Shown piece by piece: positions 28,641 through 36,728 of a stretch of 64,000 nucleotides of DNA. Origin of the DNA: Shigella phage PSD9. The notes under the pieces were generated by a model. The model made no database searches. It had not been told where the DNA came from and saw nothing but the letters and a program-made list of their open reading frames with translations. The first letter of the stretch is position 1, and each line of letters opens with the position of its first letter. The DNA lies in the sequence record MZ561532; one strand, written 5' to 3'. The translations under genes and the position numbers were made by a program.

Positions 28641-29315
28641 TTATCTATTTTTTATACTTAATGGGTCCGGATTCTCAGGGACATCTTCCAGGCCTAAGGC
28701 ATAACGTTGGGCATATTTCAGCATCAAGATATCCTTAGCACAGTCATGGATGGAGTCATGAGCAACAAAGCCATTCAATGTTCCGTTAGGCAGAGGACAC
28801 ATGCTCAATCCACGAGTTAGTGAATATGCTTCAATAGCTGTACGGATGTCACGTTGGTTCCAGAATTTAACCGGTTCTAATTTACTGGTATCGATTTCAT
28901 TCTCAGGAACCCCTTCAGAACGATAAGCATCACGAATAAGGTCGACTAAGATAGGAAAGTCAAAGGACATTCCACGACACCACATCTGGGATTTCCATTG
29001 GTCTACTTCGTTTTTACGGCAGTATTCCAGGAAATTACCGAGACCAATAGAAGTGGACACATCAATTTCAGATGGAGCCAGGTTTTTACGCGCTTCAGGC
29101 CCTTGCTCTTTCCACCACTGCAACGTGCTTTTAGAAAACAGTCGTTTATCACGTTGAGAAGCGAGGTCAAATTTAATACGAAGGCCTCGTTGAGTAAGCT
29201 CTTCAAACGTTTCTACAACCTCTGGATTAGGGTCGTAAGCAATTACGGCTAGGTCGATAACCGCTGCATTTTGAGTAGTGGCAAAGGTTTCAAAGTCAAT
29301 AATTATATCTTTCAT
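28641..29315 (-). CDS. dexA: Exonuclease A (DexA, DnaQ-like 3'-5' exonuclease)
   Basis: 224-aa ORF; N-terminal IIDFETF...AVIDLAVIAYDPNPEVVETFEEL resembles recalled T4 DexA; position next to dda. Confidence 0.75.
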   Translation of the reverse strand: MKDIIIDFETFATTQNAAVIDLAVIAYDPNPEVVETFEELTQRGLRIKFDLASQRDKRLFSKSTLQWWKEQGPEARKNLAPSEIDVSTSIGLGNFLEYCRKNEVDQWKSQMWCRGMSFDFPILVDLIRDAYRSEGVPENEIDTSKLEPVKFWNQRDIRTAIEAYSLTRGLSMCPLPNGTLNGFVAHDSIHDCAKDILMLKYAQRYALGLEDVPENPDPLSIKNR

Positions 29316-29602
29316 TTAACGTACCTCATAAGGTCTCGGATTTGACCGACGGTGTAGTCTTCAATATAAACTGAAGAGATATTGTCGTCCAATAGACGCT
29401 GTACAGCAATAAAATCACTCTCAATCTCTTTAAGAGAGTTCAGGACAGTATGGGCCTTTTGCCTAATGCTGATATTATTTTGGTTGACTTTAATAATATG
29501 TTCGGTTTCAAATTTCAACTTATAAAATTGGTCTTTAGTTACTTTAATCATATTTTCCTCAAACGTAGTAGGCGTCAGTACGAGCACGAGTAATACTAAC
29601 AT
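29312..29602 (-). CDS. Hypothetical protein (96 aa)
   Basis: Track ORF; overlaps the dexA start. Confidence 0.5.
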   Translation of the reverse strand: MLVLLVLVLTPTTFEENMIKVTKDQFYKLKFETEHIIKVNQNNISIRQKAHTVLNSLKEIESDFIAVQRLLDDNISSVYIEDYTVGQIRDLMRYVK

Positions 29603-30890
29603 AAGCCAGCTGTGAAGCTAAATTCGCATCAGCCATATGCATGCATGGAGTATAGATGAAACTGTTTTGGACTGTAAGTCCTTGGGATTTATGAACAGTG
29701 CTCACAGGAAGAGCTCGAACCTTACTGAACATTCGCTTGGCTTTCCAGAAATCAGCCCACTTAGGTTTCTTACCACTACCACGCATGGCTTTGTATTCAG
29801 TAGCAACCTTAGCCAAGAAATAATGGAACTTCTCGACTGAAGCCTCGTCAATAACCTTTAAATGCTCTACGTAATACTCATCGTCTTCATCGATAGATTC
29901 TACTTGCAGGTCCCAGTAATTAATCATTTGTCGAGTGCCTACATCCTTGGCAGACAAGAACAATGAGGTGTGGTTCACATCCAGAATACGAACCATTTGT
30001 CCATTATTAAAAATGGTTTCAGAGAATTTCTTACCATCGTATTCAAGTTCCTTCATAAAAGGCTCTTGCATCACTAGGATTTCGCCCTTGATATAAGGTG
30101 CATCGGTTTCATAAAGCTTTTTACGAATAATGCTATTCAGCTTTTCAACCGATTTATTGGTATAAGCAAACATCCTATTCTCAAACAGGGCATCAGCATC
30201 TTTTACAATGGAAAAATAATTCATCATAAAATCTTTTAATGCTGTTTGGGATTTAAAACCATGGACACCATGTCCTTCGAATACACAATCTCTAAACCAC
30301 CCACCATTACGGATTTCAGTAGCCACCTCAATGATAGGAGCATTACTACGCATCACTTCAGTCAAATGTAATTGTTTGATTTTTGGATGTGTAAAGAATG
30401 GAGACAACTGAGGGCTACCATCACTTCCAGGTTCCACTGGCTGTAGCTGAGCTCTGTCGCCAATCCCTAATACAGTACACCATGGTGGCACGGAGGATTC
30501 AATAATCTTAAACAGCTTACCGTCAATCATCGAGCCTTCATCAACAACTAGCACATTACATTTACTCAAATCAGGAGCTTCGCGTTGTTCAAAGATGTCC
30601 TGGTCTTCGTATGTAGTAGGGTTAATTTTTAGAATTCTGTGGATTGTTGATGCTTCTTGACCTGCGAGTTTCGACAACACCTTTTTGGCCGCATGGGTGG
30701 GTGCAGTCAAAATAACTCCGAGTTCACCATTCTTGACTAGATGGTCAAGAATAAATTTGGTAAGGGTTGTTTTACCTGTACCGGCAGGACCGTTCAATGT
30801 AATCCATTCGCCCTTACGTCGTTTAATAGCTTCAATGATTTCTTTAAAAGCCGTCCTCTGGCCGATGTTCAAGTCTTCAAATGTAATCAT
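29559..30890 (-). CDS. dda: DNA helicase Dda (SF1)
   Basis: 443-aa ORF; Walker A NGPAGTGKTT and extensive match to recalled T4 Dda (ILTAPTHAAKKVLSKL..., C-terminus ITRARTDAYYV). Confidence 0.9.
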   Translation of the reverse strand: MITFEDLNIGQRTAFKEIIEAIKRRKGEWITLNGPAGTGKTTLTKFILDHLVKNGELGVILTAPTHAAKKVLSKLAGQEASTIHRILKINPTTYEDQDIFEQREAPDLSKCNVLVVDEGSMIDGKLFKIIESSVPPWCTVLGIGDRAQLQPVEPGSDGSPQLSPFFTHPKIKQLHLTEVMRSNAPIIEVATEIRNGGWFRDCVFEGHGVHGFKSQTALKDFMMNYFSIVKDADALFENRMFAYTNKSVEKLNSIIRKKLYETDAPYIKGEILVMQEPFMKELEYDGKKFSETIFNNGQMVRILDVNHTSLFLSAKDVGTRQMINYWDLQVESIDEDDEYYVEHLKVIDEASVEKFHYFLAKVATEYKAMRGSGKKPKWADFWKAKRMFSKVRALPVSTVHKSQGLTVQNSFIYTPCMHMADANLASQLAYVSITRARTDAYYV

Positions 30891-31186
30891 GCCAATTTTA
30901 CTCGCTTAACATATAAAGTGTCTAAAACCAATTTAAGTTCTCGAGCCCGTTCTTCAGTAGGATATACGGTTTTTGTTTCCCTCTTATCAAACCACCATTT
31001 TCTAGGCGTGTACACTGTTTCAATGCGTCCCTTACTTAAATATTGTTTTGTAGTGTATGAATACCCAGCACATTCGAAATCAGCAGCGGCTTTTGTGGAA
31101 TATAAGGTCACCTTTCCTTCATATTCCAATGGAATTTCATACCCATCTTTGTCCTTGTGAACTAATACGTATGCATAGTACATCAC
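30887..31186 (-). CDS. Hypothetical protein (99 aa)
   Basis: Track ORF; ATGA overlap with the dda start. Confidence 0.5.
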   Translation of the reverse strand: MMYYAYVLVHKDKDGYEIPLEYEGKVTLYSTKAAADFECAGYSYTTKQYLSKGRIETVYTPRKWWFDKRETKTVYPTEERARELKLVLDTLYVKRVKLA

Positions 31187-31187
31187 G

Positions 31188-31922
31188 TTAACCTCTAATC
31201 AGTGAAAAAATTGAAGCATTCAGTGGAAGACCTTTTTTCAACTTCATTTTGTCAATAAAAGAAAGGTGTTCTAAACGCTCCAGACCTTGAATAATTTTAT
31301 CATACATATCGTAACGCGTTTCTGCTTCAGACAATTTAAACTTGACACGCCAATCAGGCCCACCAATTAAAGATTTAAGACCCTTTTCCATAGTACCGAT
31401 TGAAGCGTTAGAACCATGGATACGGGCCTTAACCGCGATGACAGAAGGGGTGTTATCAGTGGCTCCTGATTTAATAAGGTCCTTAAGACGTTTTTCACGC
31501 TTTTTAAGACCTCTTTGGGTATCTTTAATATTTTTAACTATTTTACGAATTTTATAATAATTATCGGGAGTAACTTTAAAACTATTAGGCATTTTAGAAC
31601 CACCTGAAATACGGGTCGCCAAACGGGTCTGGGCCCGCTTCAATTCATCTAGAGACAAATCGGCACGTAAGCTATTGTACTTGACTTTAACTGGGATTAC
31701 ATTACCTTCGATATAACCAATATCATTGTTAAAACGTTCAAATGAAATCTTATCACTAACTGAATTCTCATCAAAGCGCTCGCCTGAATAAGCACACACT
31801 TTTTGTTCGAGAAGTCTACGAACATAATTACTAGACAGATTGAAGTCCTTACCACGTTTATAAGCAGAAGCTTTGGTATGTTTGCGGCGGTTGTAAACCT
31901 TTAATTCAAATTCAGGGGTCAT
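31188..31922 (-). CDS. Hypothetical basic protein (244 aa) at the position of T4 srd
   Basis: Track ORF between dda and the modA/modB pair; identity to Srd unverified. Confidence 0.45.
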   Translation of the reverse strand: MTPEFELKVYNRRKHTKASAYKRGKDFNLSSNYVRRLLEQKVCAYSGERFDENSVSDKISFERFNNDIGYIEGNVIPVKVKYNSLRADLSLDELKRAQTRLATRISGGSKMPNSFKVTPDNYYKIRKIVKNIKDTQRGLKKREKRLKDLIKSGATDNTPSVIAVKARIHGSNASIGTMEKGLKSLIGGPDWRVKFKLSEAETRYDMYDKIIQGLERLEHLSFIDKMKLKKGLPLNASIFSLIRG

Positions 31923-31951
31923 GATATTTTTCTCATCTTACGGACGATTAG

Positions 31952-31991
31952 CTGATAGGTCTATAGTATCATGTTGCTCGGTAAAGTAAAC
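31952..31991 (-). promoter_or_regulatory. Early promoter with conserved box
   Basis: Minus strand GTTTAC-N17-TACTAT-AGACCTATCAG. Confidence 0.5.
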
Positions 31992-32060
31992 ACTTTTTTG
32001 CTTTAAATTTTCGACGGTATAATGAATCAAGGACTTTGCCTTTCAATTAAACCGGGTGGT

Positions 32061-32675
32061 TCAGTAAGAAAGAACGGAAAGATTCCAAATGGTGTAATTA
32101 TTCCATTTAGGATTTCTCTCAATAGAGTCTACGCGCAGCGTAGTTCCCGCAGGGAACATCATCTCATCTTCATCATTTATTAATTGTAAGTTTGCTACAC
32201 GGGTAGATTCAGGAAATGCGCCAGGGAACTCTTCAGGGGGTGCAGCACATAACATTTTAAAGATTTCTTCCTGATAATTGTACACAAACGGTGCATCATT
32301 AATACAAAAGATATTAAATGTGCCGTAGAAGTTATAAGATGCGAAGTTACGAGCTACATTGAAATCTTTTGAGAAGCTCATTACTCGGTCGAATTCAATT
32401 ACGGCACCTACACACATTGTGGACTCTAGATACTTCATAGTCTTTTTAGATATGCCGCGATAGAGCTTATCAGGCACTACAGAAGTCAGGTTCTTACGGA
32501 TGATTTTGTTCAGAGTTTCCTGGATAGTATCTGGTTTATTTTCCATACACTGCCAGAGCGTGCTCTGTTCTAAATCAGAATACACCTCATCAATTTCTAT
32601 CTGAGTATTCTCACGGAAATCATCGCATTTGGCATTGTTGATAAATTCTGCTAATTTATGGCTTGGATATAACAT
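32061..32675 (-). CDS. modB: ADP-ribosyltransferase ModB-like
   Basis: 204-aa ORF with an R-S-EXE toxin-type triad (LYRGIS, MSFSKD, DEDEMMF); paralogous to the upstream ORF; position as T4 modB. Confidence 0.65.
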   Translation of the reverse strand: MLYPSHKLAEFINNAKCDDFRENTQIEIDEVYSDLEQSTLWQCMENKPDTIQETLNKIIRKNLTSVVPDKLYRGISKKTMKYLESTMCVGAVIEFDRVMSFSKDFNVARNFASYNFYGTFNIFCINDAPFVYNYQEEIFKMLCAAPPEEFPGAFPESTRVANLQLINDEDEMMFPAGTTLRVDSIERNPKWNNYTIWNLSVLSY

Positions 32676-32689
32676 ATTATTCTCCTCAG

Positions 32690-32730
32690 TTGATAGAAAG
32701 ATAGTACCACAAGCTTCCTTGCCTGTAAAC
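32690..32730 (-). promoter_or_regulatory. Early promoter with conserved box, upstream of modB
   Basis: Minus strand GTTTAC-N18-TACTAT-CTTTCTATCAA. Confidence 0.5.
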
Positions 32731-33299
32731 TAAAAATCCAACATTTTTAAATGAATTGTTTTGTACTCGATTTCGTACGGGTCCCTTTTGACGGTTTCGA
32801 TTTCAACAATCTCAAATCTTGATAGGCTGGAGACCATGAACTCACATTCAGTTTCAACCATATCATAGAGGTCAATACGGGTTTCATCTATTTCAAGCTC
32901 ATCCACATTCCCTGCAAGAACAAGGTCGATAGCATGATTGTAGTAGTCGAAAATGAACGGTGCATTCCTGAGACTTAAAATGGTTTTGGTTCCATATTCC
33001 CATGCCCCTGCGAATTGACGAGCCTGAGAGTATTGTGTACTAAAAGAAGTAACTCGACCAGGAGACCATTGACAACCTACTGAAAGGAGCTCTAATTGCT
33101 CAAGTTCTCTGGTGGTAATCCCACGATACAACTCTACTGGAACCGCTGAAGTAACATGCTTGCGAACCAGTTTGTCAAGGTCGTAATGGAAGTTAGGGTC
33201 TTTTTTAGCATCCAGACATTTTTCTAAAAGATTCTGTTCGTGTTTTGAGAATTTGGAATTGATTCGGTCTTGATAAAGACATTTTTGTTCGATGTTCAT
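32730..33299 (-). CDS. modA: ADP-ribosyltransferase ModA-like
   Basis: 189-aa ORF with an R-S-EXE triad (LYRGIT, TSFSTQ, ECEFMV); position as T4 modA. Confidence 0.65.
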   Translation of the reverse strand: MNIEQKCLYQDRINSKFSKHEQNLLEKCLDAKKDPNFHYDLDKLVRKHVTSAVPVELYRGITTRELEQLELLSVGCQWSPGRVTSFSTQYSQARQFAGAWEYGTKTILSLRNAPFIFDYYNHAIDLVLAGNVDELEIDETRIDLYDMVETECEFMVSSLSRFEIVEIETVKRDPYEIEYKTIHLKMLDF

Positions 33300-33323
33300 A
33301 TGACCTCCGGTGATTTAGAGGTC

Positions 33324-33353
33324 ATTATAACATGAAGGGAGGAGGTGTAAAAC
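33324..33353 (-). promoter_or_regulatory. Early promoter (GTTTTAC / TATAAT) upstream of modA
   Basis: Plus attata 33324..33329 and gtaaaac 33347..33353. Confidence 0.45.
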
Positions 33354-33354
33354 T

Positions 33355-33543
33355 TTATTTTACCCAAGGGGCCCAGGGTGGAGGGTCTAAGTAATAAGAA
33401 GCAAGGTCGCTAAGAGCATCTTTAGGCAACTTAAAACCGTGCTTCTGTATAATCATATCAAGTTCATTGACAAGGTCAACAGGCGGCTCCTGAGTTGTTT
33501 CAGGCTCAGGGTCCGGAATGACAAACATATCAAATAAGTCCAT
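33355..33543 (-). CDS. Hypothetical protein (62 aa)
   Basis: Track ORF. Confidence 0.45.
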   Translation of the reverse strand: MDLFDMFVIPDPEPETTQEPPVDLVNELDMIIQKHGFKLPKDALSDLASYYLDPPPWAPWVK

Positions 33544-34031
33544 TAGTAACCACCGATAGGACCGTACTCGTACATACGAGCTCGTACCTTAGCATCACGA
33601 ATAGCGTCTTCAGTCATGGTAAAGCGCAATCCAATATCAAAGTGCTTCCAAATCTGACGTTCAACTTCAATAAGGTCTTCGGTAGCGGAAATAAGATAAG
33701 TACGACCTTTAAGACGTTCGTTGGACATTCTATCGGTATCTTTATAGAAAATGTCCATTGTTCCTTCGCCATACGGGTCCGGATGGCGATAACCCTTGAT
33801 ATGTAATGCTTCAGCCAGGCTAAAAGGACAATCTTCAGCAACATCAACATTTTTGTTATGGTAAGCCTTCATCATAATATTTTCTGGAAGCTTAATATCT
33901 TTTAATCGTGTTTCTAACTGGGTTATAGAATTCGTACCATTGTCGACAAAGATAAGACACACTGTAGCATCATAAGGACGTGTCTGTCCAGATGAATCAC
34001 GTACATGGAATTCTAGTTCATAAACTTTCAT
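33543..34031 (-). CDS. Hypothetical protein (162 aa)
   Basis: Track ORF. Confidence 0.5.
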   Translation of the reverse strand: MKVYELEFHVRDSSGQTRPYDATVCLIFVDNGTNSITQLETRLKDIKLPENIMMKAYHNKNVDVAEDCPFSLAEALHIKGYRHPDPYGEGTMDIFYKDTDRMSNERLKGRTYLISATEDLIEVERQIWKHFDIGLRFTMTEDAIRDAKVRARMYEYGPIGGY

Positions 34032-34181
34032 TATGATTTCCTCTTCTTAGTTTACCTACTAAAGGACCATCCGGAATTTTATTTTCTTGGATGTATTTCT
34101 CGTTTTCTTCCATCATTTTACTACCAATTTTAAGAAGCAAATCCAGTGCCTCTTTAGCTTGTTTTTCGGCCTCTTCAGTAG

Positions 34182-34382
34182 TCATGATTTATCCCCATAG
34201 ATGTCACGCATAATTCTAAGAGCTTCGCGTTCTAATTTCTTTTCGCGTTCTTCACGGATACCTTTAAGAATCCATTCTTCGGACTCGCGTTTCATTTCTG
34301 CATTAGCTTGGTCCAACCACCCGTCATCAAGATAATCACCAGGACGGTCCAGCCAATCTTTAAGCCATGATAAAGGTTTCAT
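34182..34382 (-). CDS. Hypothetical protein (66 aa)
   Basis: Track ORF. Confidence 0.45.
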   Translation of the reverse strand: MKPLSWLKDWLDRPGDYLDDGWLDQANAEMKRESEEWILKGIREEREKKLEREALRIMRDIYGDKS

Positions 34383-34705
34383 TAATCACACGAGCCGGAC
34401 GATGAGTCACAGCTTCCTGAGTCATAAGACGAATAAGAAGAATCACCAGTCCAAGAACTGACAGCAGCCGCAACCATAATAGGAGTACTATCAATATGGC
34501 TTGTGCGACGAGCTTCTAAATGTTCTTTAAACTTTTTAGAATTCAAAGGAAGGGCACCCGGGCCTACATTACCGGCTTTTTCAGGTTGACGGATAACTTC
34601 TTCCATCATACCATCGCCCACATAAACATATTCCTTCAGACCTGAGATAGGAACCACCCCTTCACCAGGTTTGGTCTTGAAAAAATTCTTAAGCCAACGA
34701 ATCAT
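34382..34705 (-). CDS. Hypothetical protein (107 aa)
   Basis: Track ORF; ATGA overlaps with both neighbours. Confidence 0.5.
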   Translation of the reverse strand: MIRWLKNFFKTKPGEGVVPISGLKEYVYVGDGMMEEVIRQPEKAGNVGPGALPLNSKKFKEHLEARRTSHIDSTPIMVAAAVSSWTGDSSYSSYDSGSCDSSSGSCD

Positions 34706-34947
34706 AGGAAACCTCGTTTAAATTCAACTTTATCGATATCATCAGTCTCGTGACGGATTTCGGCATTAAATTCGATAGAACCGTCTTCATGCATCATAAA
34801 TGAATGGACAATAACTTCGGTATACCAAGGAGTATAAAAGTACTTTTTCAATACATGATTAGCGATAATTTCATCCAAAGTTTTATTTGGTTTAATCCAA
34901 CGATTTAACATAGTGTTCTCCTCTATAAGATAAGACCATCTTAACAC
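34702..34947 (-). CDS. Hypothetical protein (81 aa; start uncertain)
   Basis: Track ORF. Confidence 0.45.
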   Translation of the reverse strand: MLRWSYLIEENTMLNRWIKPNKTLDEIIANHVLKKYFYTPWYTEVIVHSFMMHEDGSIEFNAEIRHETDDIDKVEFKRGFL

Positions 34948-34977
34948 GGCCTTCCTAGAAAGTAAACCCTTAAAACC

Positions 34978-35000
34978 AAAAAAAGGAACCCGAAGGTTCC
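34978..35000 (-). terminator. Intrinsic terminator GGAACC-UUCG-GGUUCC plus U7, after soc
   Basis: ggaacccgaaggttcc immediately 3' of the soc stop on the minus strand, followed by a U run. Confidence 0.6.
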
Positions 35001-35006
35001 TTATAA

Positions 35007-35240
35007 TTAAACTACTGGGGTCGGCGTGAACATTGCTGCGTTCTTAGTTCGCCAATCGGCTGCATCAGTCACTACAGTAGTATAGGCTGCAACGGCCGAA
35101 GGGAAAGTCTGATAATGAGAGTCTGCAATACGGTGCTCGTTTGAATAAATCTCAAACGGGACCGAAACCTCAGTACCTTTAACTTCTTTACCTTCACCAG
35201 CTGGATGTGTAAAGGTTTTGATATTAACGAAACCACCCAT
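35007..35240 (-). CDS. soc: Small outer capsid protein Soc
   Basis: 77-aa ORF; GFVNIKTF...KEVKGTEVSVPFEIYSNEHRIADSHYQTFPSAVAAYTTV matches recalled T4 Soc; has its own late promoter and terminator. Confidence 0.8.
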   Translation of the reverse strand: MGGFVNIKTFTHPAGEGKEVKGTEVSVPFEIYSNEHRIADSHYQTFPSAVAAYTTVVTDAADWRTKNAAMFTPTPVV

Positions 35241-35271
35241 AATTAACTCCTTTGTTGTTTAATTACAGGTG

Positions 35272-35279
35272 TATTTATA
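35272..35279 (-). promoter_or_regulatory. Late promoter TATAAATA for soc
   Basis: Minus-strand TATAAATA 32 nt upstream of the soc ATG. Confidence 0.55.
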
Positions 35280-35281
35280 AC

Positions 35282-35803
35282 TTAATAACCTCGGTCCTGG
35301 CGAGCAAAGTTCTCGGCATTTTTCAGGTAATACAATTTAAAGATTTCTTCAGCAGTCAGACCAAGACCCTGGAACATATTCAGAACGAAATGGAGAATAT
35401 CAATCATTTCAAATTTAATTTCGAGCTGGTCTTCAGGAGACAAATCGTTAATCAAGGTTTCACGACGTTCAGCATGTTGAGCTTTCCAAGGCTTCCATAC
35501 TGCTGATGCATCTTTTTCACCATTGCTCATACCGCCAAGAGAAGTCAGAAGTTCACGGAATTCATCATCAATATAATCTTTCTGATTACGCAGCCAATCA
35601 ACAACTTCACCTGCAGTAGCCAAATCATCAGGATGACGGTTATATTCAGGTTTATCTTTAGATAAACGAACCTGTAATGATTTCTGCATATCAAGCATAA
35701 CCTGCAGAGGGTCTTTATCTTCATGAATCAGAGCATTAAAATAAGCTTCCTCAGCTTTATCAACACCATCAATCAGGTTTGCGCATTCGTTAAAGTGTGC
35801 CAT
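35282..35803 (-). CDS. 56: dCTP pyrophosphatase (dCTPase/dUTPase) gp56
   Basis: 173-aa ORF; MAHFNECANLIDGVDKA...DPLQVMLDMQ...DDEFRELLTSLG...IFKLYYLKNAENFARQDRGY closely matches recalled T4 gp56. Confidence 0.9.
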   Translation of the reverse strand: MAHFNECANLIDGVDKAEEAYFNALIHEDKDPLQVMLDMQKSLQVRLSKDKPEYNRHPDDLATAGEVVDWLRNQKDYIDDEFRELLTSLGGMSNGEKDASAVWKPWKAQHAERRETLINDLSPEDQLEIKFEMIDILHFVLNMFQGLGLTAEEIFKLYYLKNAENFARQDRGY

Positions 35804-35867
35804 TATATTTTTCCTTTTTCAATTCATTAATAAGTTAGATAATTATAACATTAAAATTTGTAAGCAA

Positions 35868-36236
35868 TTAGGAAGACCAGCCGGTAAATTTACGTTGTCC
35901 TGAATCCCAGTGAACACCTACGTCAGGAGAATACCTATAATTAAAATCACCGTAGGATTCCGAAATTTCTAAAATATATCTTACAAAATATTCACAAAGC
36001 TCATTAGACCATGAATCAGAATACACCACGAAGTGGAAAGATGATTGGTCCTCATCATCGACATCAATCCATACCCGTTTTAATTTACCTTCCGGCGAAT
36101 CATAAACACCTGAAATATATTCACCTTTAACCGAAAGGCTTCCTTCTTCAAAAGCAGTATTCAAAACAAGCCCTAATTCTCCAGGGCTAGATTCTTCTAC
36201 CCAATCATCATGGGTATTCAATAAAATCTTAATCAT
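35868..36236 (-). CDS. Hypothetical strongly acidic protein (122 aa)
   Basis: Track ORF; 23 D/E versus 9 K/R residues. Confidence 0.5.
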   Translation of the reverse strand: MIKILLNTHDDWVEESSPGELGLVLNTAFEEGSLSVKGEYISGVYDSPEGKLKRVWIDVDDEDQSSFHFVVYSDSWSNELCEYFVRYILEISESYGDFNYRYSPDVGVHWDSGQRKFTGWSS

Positions 36237-36245
36237 AATATTTCC

Positions 36246-36728
36246 TTAAAAATCAAATATGTCTAATAACGAATTAGTGGTATTAATATGAACTACTGGG
36301 GCTACATAATCATCCATCCATTCGGGATATCTGCGCCCTTCAGATCGGTCATTAGGGTCTAATGTATTTGCATATGCAAAGTTATATGAAATTATATCTC
36401 GATGTTCTTTAGTGTCACCGACAATATTTAAGATACGTTGGCATAAAAAATCATAGTTATCTTTCATATACTCAATACAATACATATCCTTTAAAGCTTG
36501 GGTTGGCGATACTCCTATTTCCAATTTCTTACGGATAACGGCTTCAACAAGATTACCATCTCCTGCTGAAGGTTCAAAGAATGTATTACCGGCCTTAAAG
36601 GATTCTTCACCACAAAGCTTTAAAAGAATTTTTGTACAGTACTCATTAGTGAATACCTCGTCAGTAGATTGTTGACGCTCACGAGATATTTCACCGTTTT
36701 TTCTTGAATTATCAATTGCTAATTTCAT
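36246..36728 (-). CDS. Hypothetical protein with SAM-binding-like motif (FFEPSAGDGNLV), about 160 aa
   Basis: Track ORF 36246..36731; ATG 36728 lies inside the 3' end of the upstream 499-aa ORF (17-nt overlap); motif resembles MTase motif I. Confidence 0.45.
   Translation of the reverse strand: MKLAIDNSRKNGEISRERQQSTDEVFTNEYCTKILLKLCGEESFKAGNTFFEPSAGDGNLVEAVIRKKLEIGVSPTQALKDMYCIEYMKDNYDFLCQRILNIVGDTKEHRDIISYNFAYANTLDPNDRSEGRRYPEWMDDYVAPVVHINTTNSLLDIFDF

Noticed and set aside
34938-34967. GTTTAC hexamer at 34962..34967 as an early promoter for ORF 34702..34947
   Set aside because: No acceptable -10 at 17 to 18 nt (best is TAAGAT) and it would overlap the annotated start codon
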